The position numbers and the translations under genes are program-made. From NCBI GenBank assembly GCA_963977845.1, contig CAXBPZ010000001.1, positions 45,028-109,027 of the forward strand: a DNA stretch of 64,000 nt. The letters run 5' to 3'. Source of the DNA: an uncultured Methylophilaceae bacterium (GTDB taxonomy: Bacteria > Pseudomonadota > Gammaproteobacteria > Burkholderiales > Methylophilaceae). This document shows, in pieces, positions 32,211 through 41,141 of the stretch. The stretch's first letter is position 1. The number at the start of each line of letters is the position of its first letter. The notes below the pieces were generated by a model. It ran no database searches. It saw only the letters and a list, made by a program, of their open reading frames with translations, and was not told where the DNA came from.

Positions 32211-33734
32211 TTAGTTTTTTATATTTTCTTGTTGATTTTGTTTGACTCTTTCCATCGCTGCAGCAATGGTTGATTTTTTATCATCCTCAGCTTGTTTATC
32301 TTGAGCACCCAAAGCCTTTTGTGCATGCCTTTCAGCGCGCTCTTTCTTCTCTCTTTCTAATCTTGCAAGTCTAAATTCATTTCTTTCTCTTGCTGTATTG
32401 GCAGCTTCTTTGGATTTGTCTTGGGCAATAATTTCACTTTTTGCATACCTGTAAAATTGAACGAGTGGAATATTGCTAGGGCAAACATAAGTGCAGCATC
32501 CGCATTCAATACAATCAAATAAATTGTACTCCCTAGCTTTTTCAAGCTGAGAAGATTTTGAGAACCAATATAATTCTTGAGGTTGTAAGTTAACTGGACA
32601 GGCATCTGCACATCGTGCACACCGAATACAGGGCATTACAGGTTTTGGGGTCGGAAATAATTCTGGCGAACTTTCGATGACACAATTCATTGCTTTTGTG
32701 ACCGGCACATCAATTGAGGGTAGATCAAATCCCATCATAGGACCGCCCATGATGAATTTTTTTTGTTTATTTGAAGAGCCACCGGCAGCTTTAATTAATT
32801 CTGATAAAGGTGTCCCAAATAAGACCTCATAATTTTGCGGTGTTTTCACGGCGCCTGTGATTGTTACAATTCGACTGATCGATGGTTCGCCGAACTCAAG
32901 ATATCTATAAATAGCCGCTACCGTAGCTACGTTAAATACTTGAATACCAAGATCTACAGAGCGTTTTTCCTTAGGAACTTCGATTCCCATAAGGAGATAA
33001 ATAAGTCTTTTCGCGTCGCCACTTGGATAAAGTGTAGGTACGACTGTAATTTCAACTGTCGTTTTTTGAGCAGCTTTTTTTAGAGCTTCGTAGGCTTCAA
33101 TTTTATTGTCTTCGATTCCAATTACACACTTTTCTGCACCAAGAATAGTTTGCGCAATAAGTGAGCCTCGGATAATTTCATCAGCTCTTTCTCTCATTAA
33201 CATATCGTCACAGGTAATAAATGGTTCACACTCTGCCGCATTAATCACCAATGTATGGATGGTTTGTTTTTGATTAGTTTTTAATTTCATATGCGTAGGA
33301 AAAACTGCCCCACCCAAGCCGACAATTCCAGACTGTGACAATGTCTCAATTAATTGAGTTTTTTCTATTTTTTTCCAAGGGATCGGTTTTTTTTCAATCC
33401 AAGTATCTTTAAAGTCCGCTTCGAGGGTGATACAAAAATCAGGCAGACCTGACGGATGGGGTAGAATTTCCTCGCTAATTTTTAGGATTCTTCCTGATGT
33501 GGGTGCATGAATAGCGGCAGAGATATTACCATCAGCTTCGGCAATTATTTGACCTTTGAATACTTGATCGCCAGGTTTAACTTTAACTTTTGCAACATGA
33601 CCAACATGCTGTCTAAGTGGCAGCACTAATTTTTTTGGAATAGCTAGTTTTGCAATGGGAAGACGTGTAGATGCAATTTTATTTTCATCTGGATGCACTC
33701 CACCATTAAATTTAAAAATATTTTTTAATTGCAT
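32211..33734 (-). CDS. rsxC: Rnf/Rsx complex subunit C (ATG 33734 preferred over ORF-track 33812)
   Basis: FNGGVHP, GIVGLGGAVFPT, NAAECEP, two CxxCxxCxxxCP motifs; start at 33734 avoids overlap with rsxB. Confidence 0.93.
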   Translation of the reverse strand: MQLKNIFKFNGGVHPDENKIASTRLPIAKLAIPKKLVLPLRQHVGHVAKVKVKPGDQVFKGQIIAEADGNISAAIHAPTSGRILKISEEILPHPSGLPDFCITLEADFKDTWIEKKPIPWKKIEKTQLIETLSQSGIVGLGGAVFPTHMKLKTNQKQTIHTLVINAAECEPFITCDDMLMRERADEIIRGSLIAQTILGAEKCVIGIEDNKIEAYEALKKAAQKTTVEITVVPTLYPSGDAKRLIYLLMGIEVPKEKRSVDLGIQVFNVATVAAIYRYLEFGEPSISRIVTITGAVKTPQNYEVLFGTPLSELIKAAGGSSNKQKKFIMGGPMMGFDLPSIDVPVTKAMNCVIESSPELFPTPKPVMPCIRCARCADACPVNLQPQELYWFSKSSQLEKAREYNLFDCIECGCCTYVCPSNIPLVQFYRYAKSEIIAQDKSKEAANTARERNEFRLARLEREKKERAERHAQKALGAQDKQAEDDKKSTIAAAMERVKQNQQENIKN

Positions 33735-33744
33735 AATAAAAGCT

Positions 33745-34302
33745 TTAAGCCTTTTGAGCTTTTTGAATGTTATAGATTGGATATTTCCATTTCCATGATT
33801 CTGAATTTTCAAGAACAGGTTCCATGGTTATGCAATCTACTGGACATGGTGGTAAACATAATTCACAGCCTGTACACTCGCTTGCAATAATCGTATGCAT
33901 TTGTTTTGCTGCACCTAAGATAGCGTCTACAGGGCACGCTTGAATGCATAAAGTACACCCAATACACGTTGATTCATCAATTAAAGCGACTGATTTTGGT
34001 TTTTGAACGCCATGTTTTTCATTAACTGGTTTGAACTCCATGCCCATTAATTCTGCTAAAGCTTTAGCACCCGCATCACCTCCTGGCGGACATTGATTGA
34101 TATCAGCCTCACCTTTTGCAATGGCTGTAGCATAGGGTTTGCAACCGGGATAACCACATTGACCGCATTGTGTTTGTGGAAGAATGGCATCAATTCTCGC
34201 AACCATTGGATCGCCATCTACTTTAAATTTGATTGCAGAATAGCCTAAGACCAGCCCTAAAAGTATGGCAAGGAAAATCATGACAAGAAGCGCGGTAATC
34301 AT
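33745..34302 (-). CDS. rsxB: Rnf/Rsx complex subunit B
   Basis: [46 protein letters not shown]. Confidence 0.95.
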   Translation of the reverse strand: MITALLVMIFLAILLGLVLGYSAIKFKVDGDPMVARIDAILPQTQCGQCGYPGCKPYATAIAKGEADINQCPPGGDAGAKALAELMGMEFKPVNEKHGVQKPKSVALIDESTCIGCTLCIQACPVDAILGAAKQMHTIIASECTGCELCLPPCPVDCITMEPVLENSESWKWKYPIYNIQKAQKA

Positions 34303-34303
34303 A

Positions 34304-34885
34304 TTAGCGATCTAGACCTGCGAATCCCATGAAGGCCAGACTCATGATTGAAGCGGTAACAAGCGCTATTGCTGTTCCTTTAAATGGCCCAGGTATCTCC
34401 GCACCTTCTAAACGTTCTCTTAAGGATGCAAATAAAATCAATACGACTGAAAAACCAATGCCACCCCCAAAACCGAATAGGGCAGATTCGAGCAGTGTGT
34501 GACTTGATTGCGCATTCAAAAGAGGAATTCCTAATACGGCACAGTTAGTGGTAATGAGAGGTAAGAAAATACCCAGCAATTGATAAAGTAGTGGAAAGTT
34601 TTTTTCCATCAACATTTCAGTAAATTGCACAACACCTGCGATCACTACAATAAATGAAAGTGTTCTTAAATATACAAGGTCATTTGGCTCAAGAAGATAA
34701 TGATTAATAGCCCAGCTTGTCATTGATCCTATAGTCAATACAAAAGCGGTAGCCGCGGACATACTGATCGATGTTTCTAATTTTTTAGATACGCCCATAA
34801 ACGGACATAACCCTAAAATTTTCACTAAAACGATATTGTTGACCAATACCGTGCTAATGATAATTAAGAAATAGTGTTGAATCAT
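34304..34885 (-). CDS. rsxA: Rnf/Rsx complex subunit A
   Basis: [28 protein letters not shown] motifs. Confidence 0.95.
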   Translation of the reverse strand: MIQHYFLIIISTVLVNNIVLVKILGLCPFMGVSKKLETSISMSAATAFVLTIGSMTSWAINHYLLEPNDLVYLRTLSFIVVIAGVVQFTEMLMEKNFPLLYQLLGIFLPLITTNCAVLGIPLLNAQSSHTLLESALFGFGGGIGFSVVLILFASLRERLEGAEIPGPFKGTAIALVTASIMSLAFMGFAGLDR

Positions 34886-35125
34886 AAAGTTAAATTATAC
34901 GGTTAAAATTGCTGAAAATATTTCTAGCTCAAGACTCTGTCAGCGAAGTCTTTTGTAAGTTCAAGATCTTTTTTTAGAGTTGAAATATAACAATAATTCT
35001 ATATTACTTCAAAGAATAAAGTTTTATAGTAATATAACTATTTTATATATATTAAATGATCAATTTTTTTTGTGTTTCGCTATTTAAGTTAAAATAGCGA
35101 CTTTATAAGATTAATAGCCAATCTC

Positions 35126-36004
35126 ATGTCACCTCAAGGCAGTATTGTTGCAATAGTCACCCCAATGTTTCCTGACGGAAGTCTCGATATTTCTGCGCTT
35201 CATGGATTAATTGATTTTCACGTTCGTGAAGGTACGGACGGCATTGTGATTGTAGGCACAACTGGCGAATCACCCACGGTCAATTGTGAAGAGCATTGCC
35301 AGCTTATTGAAACTACCGTTAAACATGTTAACAAAAGAATTCCAGTGATAGCTGGCACGGGGGCAAACTCCACGCAAGAAGCTATTGATCTTACCAAAGA
35401 AGCCAAACGTCTAGGGGCAGATGCATGTTTATTAGTGACGCCTTATTACAATAAACCTAACCAGACGGGACTTTTCCAGCATTTTAGTAAAATTGCAAAT
35501 GAAGTTGCAATTGATCAAATTCTTTACAATGTGCCCTCTAGAACAGGTTGTGATTTAAAGAACGATACTGTATTGAAGTTAAGTGAAATCCCTAATATTG
35601 TAGGCATTAAAGATGCAACAGGAGATTTGACTCGTGGTATCGATCTTATTAAAAGATTGCCGTCTCATTTTTCAGTTTTAAGTGGTGATGATGCAACTGC
35701 TTTATCGCTTATGTTGCTCGGAGGTAAGGGTGTAATTTCTGTTACAGCAAACATTGCACCAAAATTAATGCATGAAATGTATGCTTGCGTTATTGCCAAA
35801 CAAAATGAAAAAGCGATCGAGATTAACCAACAATTATTTTCACTTCACACCAATCTATTTATAGAGGCAAATCCAATCCCTGTAAAATGGGCATTAAAGA
35901 CAATGGGCCTCATCAAAGAAGGCATTCGATTACCCTTAGTAGAACTTAGCATGGAGTTCCATAAAATTATTCAAACCGCTATGAAGGAAGCTCATATTCA
36001 ATGA
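35126..36004 (+). CDS. dapA: 4-hydroxy-tetrahydrodipicolinate synthase
   Basis: GTTGES, YNVPSRT, catalytic GIKDATG, NPIPVK motifs. Confidence 0.97.
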   Translation: MSPQGSIVAIVTPMFPDGSLDISALHGLIDFHVREGTDGIVIVGTTGESPTVNCEEHCQLIETTVKHVNKRIPVIAGTGANSTQEAIDLTKEAKRLGADACLLVTPYYNKPNQTGLFQHFSKIANEVAIDQILYNVPSRTGCDLKNDTVLKLSEIPNIVGIKDATGDLTRGIDLIKRLPSHFSVLSGDDATALSLMLLGGKGVISVTANIAPKLMHEMYACVIAKQNEKAIEINQQLFSLHTNLFIEANPIPVKWALKTMGLIKEGIRLPLVELSMEFHKIIQTAMKEAHIQ

Positions 36005-37278
36005 AATTACTAGCGCAAAGTAAATGGCTTTTTGTTTTATCTTTATTCTTCATCTTAAGTGGATGCGATAGCATTCCTTTTGTGGATCAGGTTACAGCGC
36101 CTGATTATAAGGCTACAGGTAGATCTCGCCCCTTAGAAGTGCCTCCTGATTTAACTTCGGCAACTACAAATGACACATATGCAATACCTGGGTCTACCAG
36201 TTATTCAGATTTTAAAAATGGTCAAAAACAAGAAAATGGCCAATCAAATATTTTGCCTAACCCAGAAGGCATGAAAATTGTAAAAGCAGGCGCCCAAAGA
36301 TGGCTTGTTGTTAATGCACCTCCAGAAAAAATATGGCCAGTGTTAAGAGATTTTTGGTTAGATATGGGATTCGCTGTTAAAAAGGAAAATCCAGAAACCG
36401 GCGTTATGGAAACTGAATGGATTAAAGAAGGTGATCTTAAAGCCGGAGATAACAAAGGCGCGCTTGATAAATTTGATGCTTGGCTTGATTCTTTAGCTTC
36501 AGGAACTGCCAATCGTAAAAAATTTAGAACACGACTCGATCGTGGCCTTCAAGAAGGTACCACAGAAATATATATGACGCATCGAAGTGTGGACACAGCA
36601 CCTGATGATGGTAAAGAAAAGGTTAGAACTCCATATGGGGTTGTGGATAACGGGTATAGAAATGATGCCAAGACGCAGCCGGAAACAAAAGGAGATTCAA
36701 AAGACGATGAATTAGACGCTGAGCTCTTAAGAAGACTGATGGTAAAACTTGGAGTAGCTGAAAAACGAGCAAAAGAAATTATTGCGACTCCAGTTAATCA
36801 AAAGAGAGCTGAAATTAAGAAAGAGGCTGATGGAAGTGCTTCACTCGAGATTCAAGATCCTTTTGATCGTGCTTGGCGAAGAGTTGGATTAGCTCTAGAT
36901 ATTATTGGATTTGTGATTGAAGACAAAGATAGATCAAATGGAATCTATTTTGTTAAGTATGCTGATGTCGATATTGACGATAGCCCCAAAAAGAAGAAAG
37001 GTATTTTAGATTCTCTTATGTTCTGGAGCGATGACGACAAGAAAGATAAGCAAGAAAAAGATAATAGCCAAAATAAAGATAAACCTTTATCTGAAAAACT
37101 TAAATTCTGGGGTGGAAGCGATAAAGAAAAAACTAATCCAGAGAAACAATATCGAATTAAGGTTGTTGCTTCAGATAATGGTGGCTCTCGGGTTGTCATT
37201 GAGTATCAGGATGGTAAAAGAAACACTTCTTCTACCGCAAATCGAATCATTACTCTTCTTTACGATCAATTAAAATAA
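36001..37278 (+). CDS. bamC: Outer membrane protein assembly lipoprotein BamC (NlpB/DapX)
   Basis: Lipobox LSGC, LEVPPDL, GVMETEW, FDRAWRRVGLALD; follows dapA. Confidence 0.9.
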   Translation: MKLLAQSKWLFVLSLFFILSGCDSIPFVDQVTAPDYKATGRSRPLEVPPDLTSATTNDTYAIPGSTSYSDFKNGQKQENGQSNILPNPEGMKIVKAGAQRWLVVNAPPEKIWPVLRDFWLDMGFAVKKENPETGVMETEWIKEGDLKAGDNKGALDKFDAWLDSLASGTANRKKFRTRLDRGLQEGTTEIYMTHRSVDTAPDDGKEKVRTPYGVVDNGYRNDAKTQPETKGDSKDDELDAELLRRLMVKLGVAEKRAKEIIATPVNQKRAEIKKEADGSASLEIQDPFDRAWRRVGLALDIIGFVIEDKDRSNGIYFVKYADVDIDDSPKKKKGILDSLMFWSDDDKKDKQEKDNSQNKDKPLSEKLKFWGGSDKEKTNPEKQYRIKVVASDNGGSRVVIEYQDGKRNTSSTANRIITLLYDQLK

Positions 37279-37280
37279 AG

Positions 37281-38051
37281 ATGCAGTTTGCATCTCTAGG
37301 TAGTGGGAGTGCTGGCAATTCTTTTTTGGTAAAGCAAAACAAATCACTTTTGATGGTTGATTGTGGTTTTGCAATCCAGGACATTGTGTCAAGGCTCGAT
37401 CGACTTAATGAATCCCCAGAAAACATCACAGGCATTCTCTTAACGCATGAACATGAAGATCATGTCAAAGGCGCTTTTAGATTAGCAAACAAATTCAAAA
37501 TTCCTGTATGGCTCTCTTACGGGACTTTCAAGATGTGTGAAAAACATATGATTAAATCTTATGAGATTGATTTAAATATAATTGATAGTCACAATACATT
37601 TGAAATAGAGAATTTTATAATACAACCCTTTCCGGTGCCCCATGACGCAAGAGAGCCTATTCAATTTACATTGAGTGACGGCAATCATAAATTAGGTATT
37701 TTGACGGATACGGGAAGTTCAACGCCCCATATTGAAAAAATGCTGCAGAAACTAGATGCGCTTATTATAGAATTTAATCACGATCTTAGCTTGCTTGAAT
37801 CGAGTGAGTATACATTTAGCTTAAAGAAAAGAATCAGAGGAAAATTGGGTCATTTGGATAATCAAACGGCTGCAGAAATTCTGGGTAAAATTCAATTTAA
37901 ACAATTAAAACATCTTGTTGCAGCGCATCTGAGTGAGAAAAATAATAGTGAAGATTTAGTAAAAGAAGCTATTGTGGAAAAAATAGGATGTGAGCGTGAT
38001 TGGATAAAAATTGCAACGCAAATTGGCGGAACGTCATGGCAAGTAATATAA
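37281..38051 (+). CDS. MBL-fold metallo-hydrolase (YycJ-like)
   Basis: LGSGSAGN, THEHEDH, VPHDA, GHLDN, AHLSEKNN motifs. Confidence 0.9.
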   Translation: MQFASLGSGSAGNSFLVKQNKSLLMVDCGFAIQDIVSRLDRLNESPENITGILLTHEHEDHVKGAFRLANKFKIPVWLSYGTFKMCEKHMIKSYEIDLNIIDSHNTFEIENFIIQPFPVPHDAREPIQFTLSDGNHKLGILTDTGSSTPHIEKMLQKLDALIIEFNHDLSLLESSEYTFSLKKRIRGKLGHLDNQTAAEILGKIQFKQLKHLVAAHLSEKNNSEDLVKEAIVEKIGCERDWIKIATQIGGTSWQVI

Positions 38052-38079
38052 AAAAAGCCGGTTAAAAACCGGCTTTTTT
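38051..38079. terminator. Bidirectional intrinsic terminator
   Basis: AAAAAAGCCGGTT-AAA-AACCGGCTTTTTT between the convergent MBL gene and the small lipoprotein gene. Confidence 0.9.
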
Positions 38080-38105
38080 AATTCATATAATAGATAAATT
38101 ATCTA

Positions 38106-38237
38106 TTACTTAGCTTCAGCAGCTGGAGCAGCTTCAGCAGCTGGAGCTGCATCAGCAGCAGGAGCAGCTTCTTCTTTTTTGCCGCAAGCAGTTAAACCAA
38201 TAGCTAATAATAAAGCGATAAGTAGTGAACGTGTCAT
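38106..38237 (-). CDS. Small Ala/Pro-rich lipoprotein, 43 aa (not in ORF track)
   Basis: MTRSLLIALLLAIGLTAC-GKKEEAAPAADAAPAAEAAPAAEAK; lipobox LTA-C, AAGGA RBS, downstream terminator. Confidence 0.88.
   Translation of the reverse strand: MTRSLLIALLLAIGLTACGKKEEAAPAADAAPAAEAAPAAEAK
38115..38168 (-). repeat. Three 18-nt tandem units encoding AAPAA(D/E)
   Basis: Minus strand: gctgctcctgctgctgat / gcagctccagctgctgaa / gctgctccagctgctgaa. Confidence 0.85.
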
Positions 38238-38327
38238 TTTTAATCCTTAAAATTAATGTTGATTTCGGGGCCTATGATCGGATCCCAGTCGATAATTCTA
38301 CAACAAAATTAGCTAGATAGTTAAATA

Positions 38328-39479
38328 TTATTGTATAAAATCAACAAATCCTGAGCGATACAGGGGAAGTAAGATTATCCCCAAAGCGTTTAAATCTTTT
38401 TTGTCTAAAGTTGTTTTAAAAGAGATTTTTCGATCATTTGCAAGCTGTCTTAGGTATTTGGCATATTTCTTATCAGTTTCAATAAATTCACCATTTATGT
38501 AAAAACTATTTTTTATAAAAAGCATTCTTGTTTTAGGGTTAAGTTCCAGTATTTTTTTTGAGAGATTTTTTTTAAAGATTTCAAGGGATATCGGCTTTGG
38601 TTGCTGGAAAATAGCATTCTCAATTGGATCGGTAAGCAATTGACCAATGAAAGTATGAATTGAATTTTTATTCCATCGTAATTGATTAATGATCTGTTGA
38701 ATTTTATTAATCATATTTGAATTGATTTCTGCTGGATTTTTTTGAAGTTTTAAATTTGGATCTTTATATAGATCCTTTTTGTTTGCGCTCAAGTTATCTT
38801 GAATAAAATCTAAAAATTTAGATTGGATTTCAAATGTATCAGGTGCTCTAAAACCAATAGAATATGTAAGACAATCATTACTATGTGAGATGCCCCAATG
38901 GCCTATATTAGGGGGTAAATAGAGCATATCACCAGGGTTAAGCACCCAAGAATTTTTACTTTTGAAATTGGTAATAATTTTAATGGCTGATTTTTTATCT
39001 AAATCAAATTTTTTTTGAGCGCTAATCTTCCATTCCCTTTTTCCTTTTGCTTGAAATAAAAAAACATCATAAGAGTCAAAATGAGGGCCGACACTTCCCT
39101 TCTTTGTGGCGTAACTTACCATTAAGTCATCAAGTCGTGCATATGGAATAAACTTGAAAAAATTTAGGAAAGAATTAGCAAAGGAAAAATGGTGATTAAT
39201 ATTTTGTACAAGCACCGTCCAAGGACTATTCTTTTTTCTAAGGAATTCTGATTTTTTGAATGGACCATACTTTACTTGCCACATATCGTTTCTATATTCT
39301 ATGAGGCGGGATATAGTTTCTTCATCTTGCGCTATTTTAAAAAGATCTTTTTCTGTGATGGGAGACTGAAAATTTTCAATTGCATTTCGAATTAAGAGTG
39401 GTTTTTTTTGCCAATATTTTTTTAAGAAGGTATCAACTGATATTTTTCCTAAAATGTGATTTTTACGATTTAATCGCAT
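38328..39479 (-). CDS. ycfD: JmjC/cupin ribosomal protein L16 hydroxylase (YcfD/RoxA family)
   Basis: YWQKKPLLIR, RLDDLMVSYA, GPHFDSYDVF HxD, PGDMLYLPP..HWG, YSIGFRAP. Confidence 0.88.
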   Translation of the reverse strand: MRLNRKNHILGKISVDTFLKKYWQKKPLLIRNAIENFQSPITEKDLFKIAQDEETISRLIEYRNDMWQVKYGPFKKSEFLRKKNSPWTVLVQNINHHFSFANSFLNFFKFIPYARLDDLMVSYATKKGSVGPHFDSYDVFLFQAKGKREWKISAQKKFDLDKKSAIKIITNFKSKNSWVLNPGDMLYLPPNIGHWGISHSNDCLTYSIGFRAPDTFEIQSKFLDFIQDNLSANKKDLYKDPNLKLQKNPAEINSNMINKIQQIINQLRWNKNSIHTFIGQLLTDPIENAIFQQPKPISLEIFKKNLSKKILELNPKTRMLFIKNSFYINGEFIETDKKYAKYLRQLANDRKISFKTTLDKKDLNALGIILLPLYRSGFVDFIQ

Positions 39480-39525
39480 AATATTTATTAAGCCTTATAA
39501 CTTCCTAAGTTAAAATGATAGTGTT

Positions 39526-40539
39526 ATGAGCCACCACTTAATTCGTTCATTGTTATTTAAGTTTGATGCAGAATTTTCGCACGACTTAACTCTTAAGGCA
39601 CTATCTCTTTCTAACAAAATTGGCCTACTAAGTTTTCTAAAGCCTCCTAATCCTTGCAAGCTTCGAACTGTGATGGGCATTCCTTTTCAAAATCCAGTGG
39701 GATTAGCTGCAGGACTTGATAAAAATGCAAATTACATTGATGCTTTGGGTAAATTGGGGTTTGGATTTATTGAAGTTGGAACAATTACCCCAAGAGCACA
39801 AATAGGCAATCCAAAGCCGAGACTATTCAGATTGCCAGAAGCTCAGGGCATTATTAACCGATTTGGATTTAACAATGTAGGTCTTGAAACTGCAGTAGAA
39901 AATATCAAATTGAGTAAATACAAGGGTGTGCTTGGAATTAATATTGGTAAGAATTTTGATACGCCAATAGAAAAGGCTGGAGATGATTATCTCTTGTGTA
40001 TGAAAAAGGTTTATCAATATGCAAATTATATTGCAATCAATATTTCCTCACCCAATACAAAAAACTTAAGAGATCTTCAAGAAACCAAGGCGCTAAACAT
40101 TTTATTAGCGCAGATCAAAGAAGAACAGACTAGATTAGCTGATTATTATGGGCGTTATGTCCCTATAGCATTAAAAATTTCACCTGATTTAACAGCTAAA
40201 CACTTAGATACAATATCAAAAAGTATTATTAAAAATAGGATTGACGCGGTAATTGCAACAAATACAACTATTACTAGAGAGTCGGTGAGTGATCTTATTA
40301 ATGGAAAAGAGGTTGGAGGTATGTCAGGTAAACCTCTATTTAAATTATCTAATTCAATAATTCGAGAACTTCATGCGAGACTTCAAGGCGAGATTCCGAT
40401 CATTGGCGTAGGCGGCATATTCTCTGGTGAAGACGCCTTAGAAAAAATAAATGCGGGTGCGGAGCTTGTGCAAATTTATTCAGGTCTTGTTTATCAAGGA
40501 AGAAAGCTCATTCTCGATGCTTGCCAATCTATTGGCTGA
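39526..40539 (+). CDS. pyrD: Quinone-dependent dihydroorotate dehydrogenase (class 2)
   Basis: NPVGLAAGLDKNA, NRFGFNN, NISSPNT, KISPD, GGMSG motifs. Confidence 0.96.
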   Translation: MSHHLIRSLLFKFDAEFSHDLTLKALSLSNKIGLLSFLKPPNPCKLRTVMGIPFQNPVGLAAGLDKNANYIDALGKLGFGFIEVGTITPRAQIGNPKPRLFRLPEAQGIINRFGFNNVGLETAVENIKLSKYKGVLGINIGKNFDTPIEKAGDDYLLCMKKVYQYANYIAINISSPNTKNLRDLQETKALNILLAQIKEEQTRLADYYGRYVPIALKISPDLTAKHLDTISKSIIKNRIDAVIATNTTITRESVSDLINGKEVGGMSGKPLFKLSNSIIRELHARLQGEIPIIGVGGIFSGEDALEKINAGAELVQIYSGLVYQGRKLILDACQSIG

Positions 40540-41141
40540 TGATGCTAGCTAGACCAAGGCTTTATACATACAGACGCTGTCCATACGCGATTCGGTCAAG
40601 ACTAGCTTTGTATCAAGCTAAAATTGATTATGAAACAATAGAAATTTCTCTTAAAGATAAACCTAGTGATTTTTTAGCACTTAGTCCTAAAGGAACAGTC
40701 CCAGTATTGGTAGATAATAATGGAATAGTTATCGAAGAGAGTATGGAAATAATGATGTGGGCTCTCGATAAATCCGACCCAGAAAATTGGATTTTAAATG
40801 ATAATAATCTTAGCCAAGAACTCATTAAAGAAAATGATTTTATTTTTAAAAAAAATCTAGATAAATATAAATATGCCGATCGTTTTCCTGAACATCCCAA
40901 AGAATATTATCGTTTTCAATGTGAAGTATTTTTAAATTTGTTAAATGAAAAATTAAAGTCGAAAAGTTATTTAATGACGGAAAAAGTAAGCCTTGCTGAT
41001 GTAGCAATTTTTCCTTTTGTGAGACAATTTTTTTTAGTAGACGAAGAGTGGTTTTTGAATTCTAAATATCAAGAATTGAAAAAATGGCTTCAGAGTTTTT
41101 TAGAAAGCCAAATGTTTAAAGATGTAATGAAAAAAAGTTAA
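40539..41141 (+). CDS. Glutathione S-transferase family protein (ATG 40539 overlapping the pyrD stop preferred over 40521)
   Basis: YTYRRCPYAIR, LSPKGTVPVL, IEESMEIM, LADVAIFPFVRQF motifs. Confidence 0.88.
   Translation: MMLARPRLYTYRRCPYAIRSRLALYQAKIDYETIEISLKDKPSDFLALSPKGTVPVLVDNNGIVIEESMEIMMWALDKSDPENWILNDNNLSQELIKENDFIFKKNLDKYKYADRFPEHPKEYYRFQCEVFLNLLNEKLKSKSYLMTEKVSLADVAIFPFVRQFFLVDEEWFLNSKYQELKKWLQSFLESQMFKDVMKKS

Noticed and set aside
33735-33812. N-terminal extension of RsxC in the ORF track
   Set aside because: It overlaps the rsxB 3' end; homology begins near ATG 33734.
34925-35000. Short minus-strand reading NYCYISTLKKDLELTKDFADRVLS and two weak hairpins in the rsxA-dapA gap
   Set aside because: No start codon, only 24 aa, and only a vague resemblance to a protein C-terminus; cannot support a pseudogene or sRNA call.
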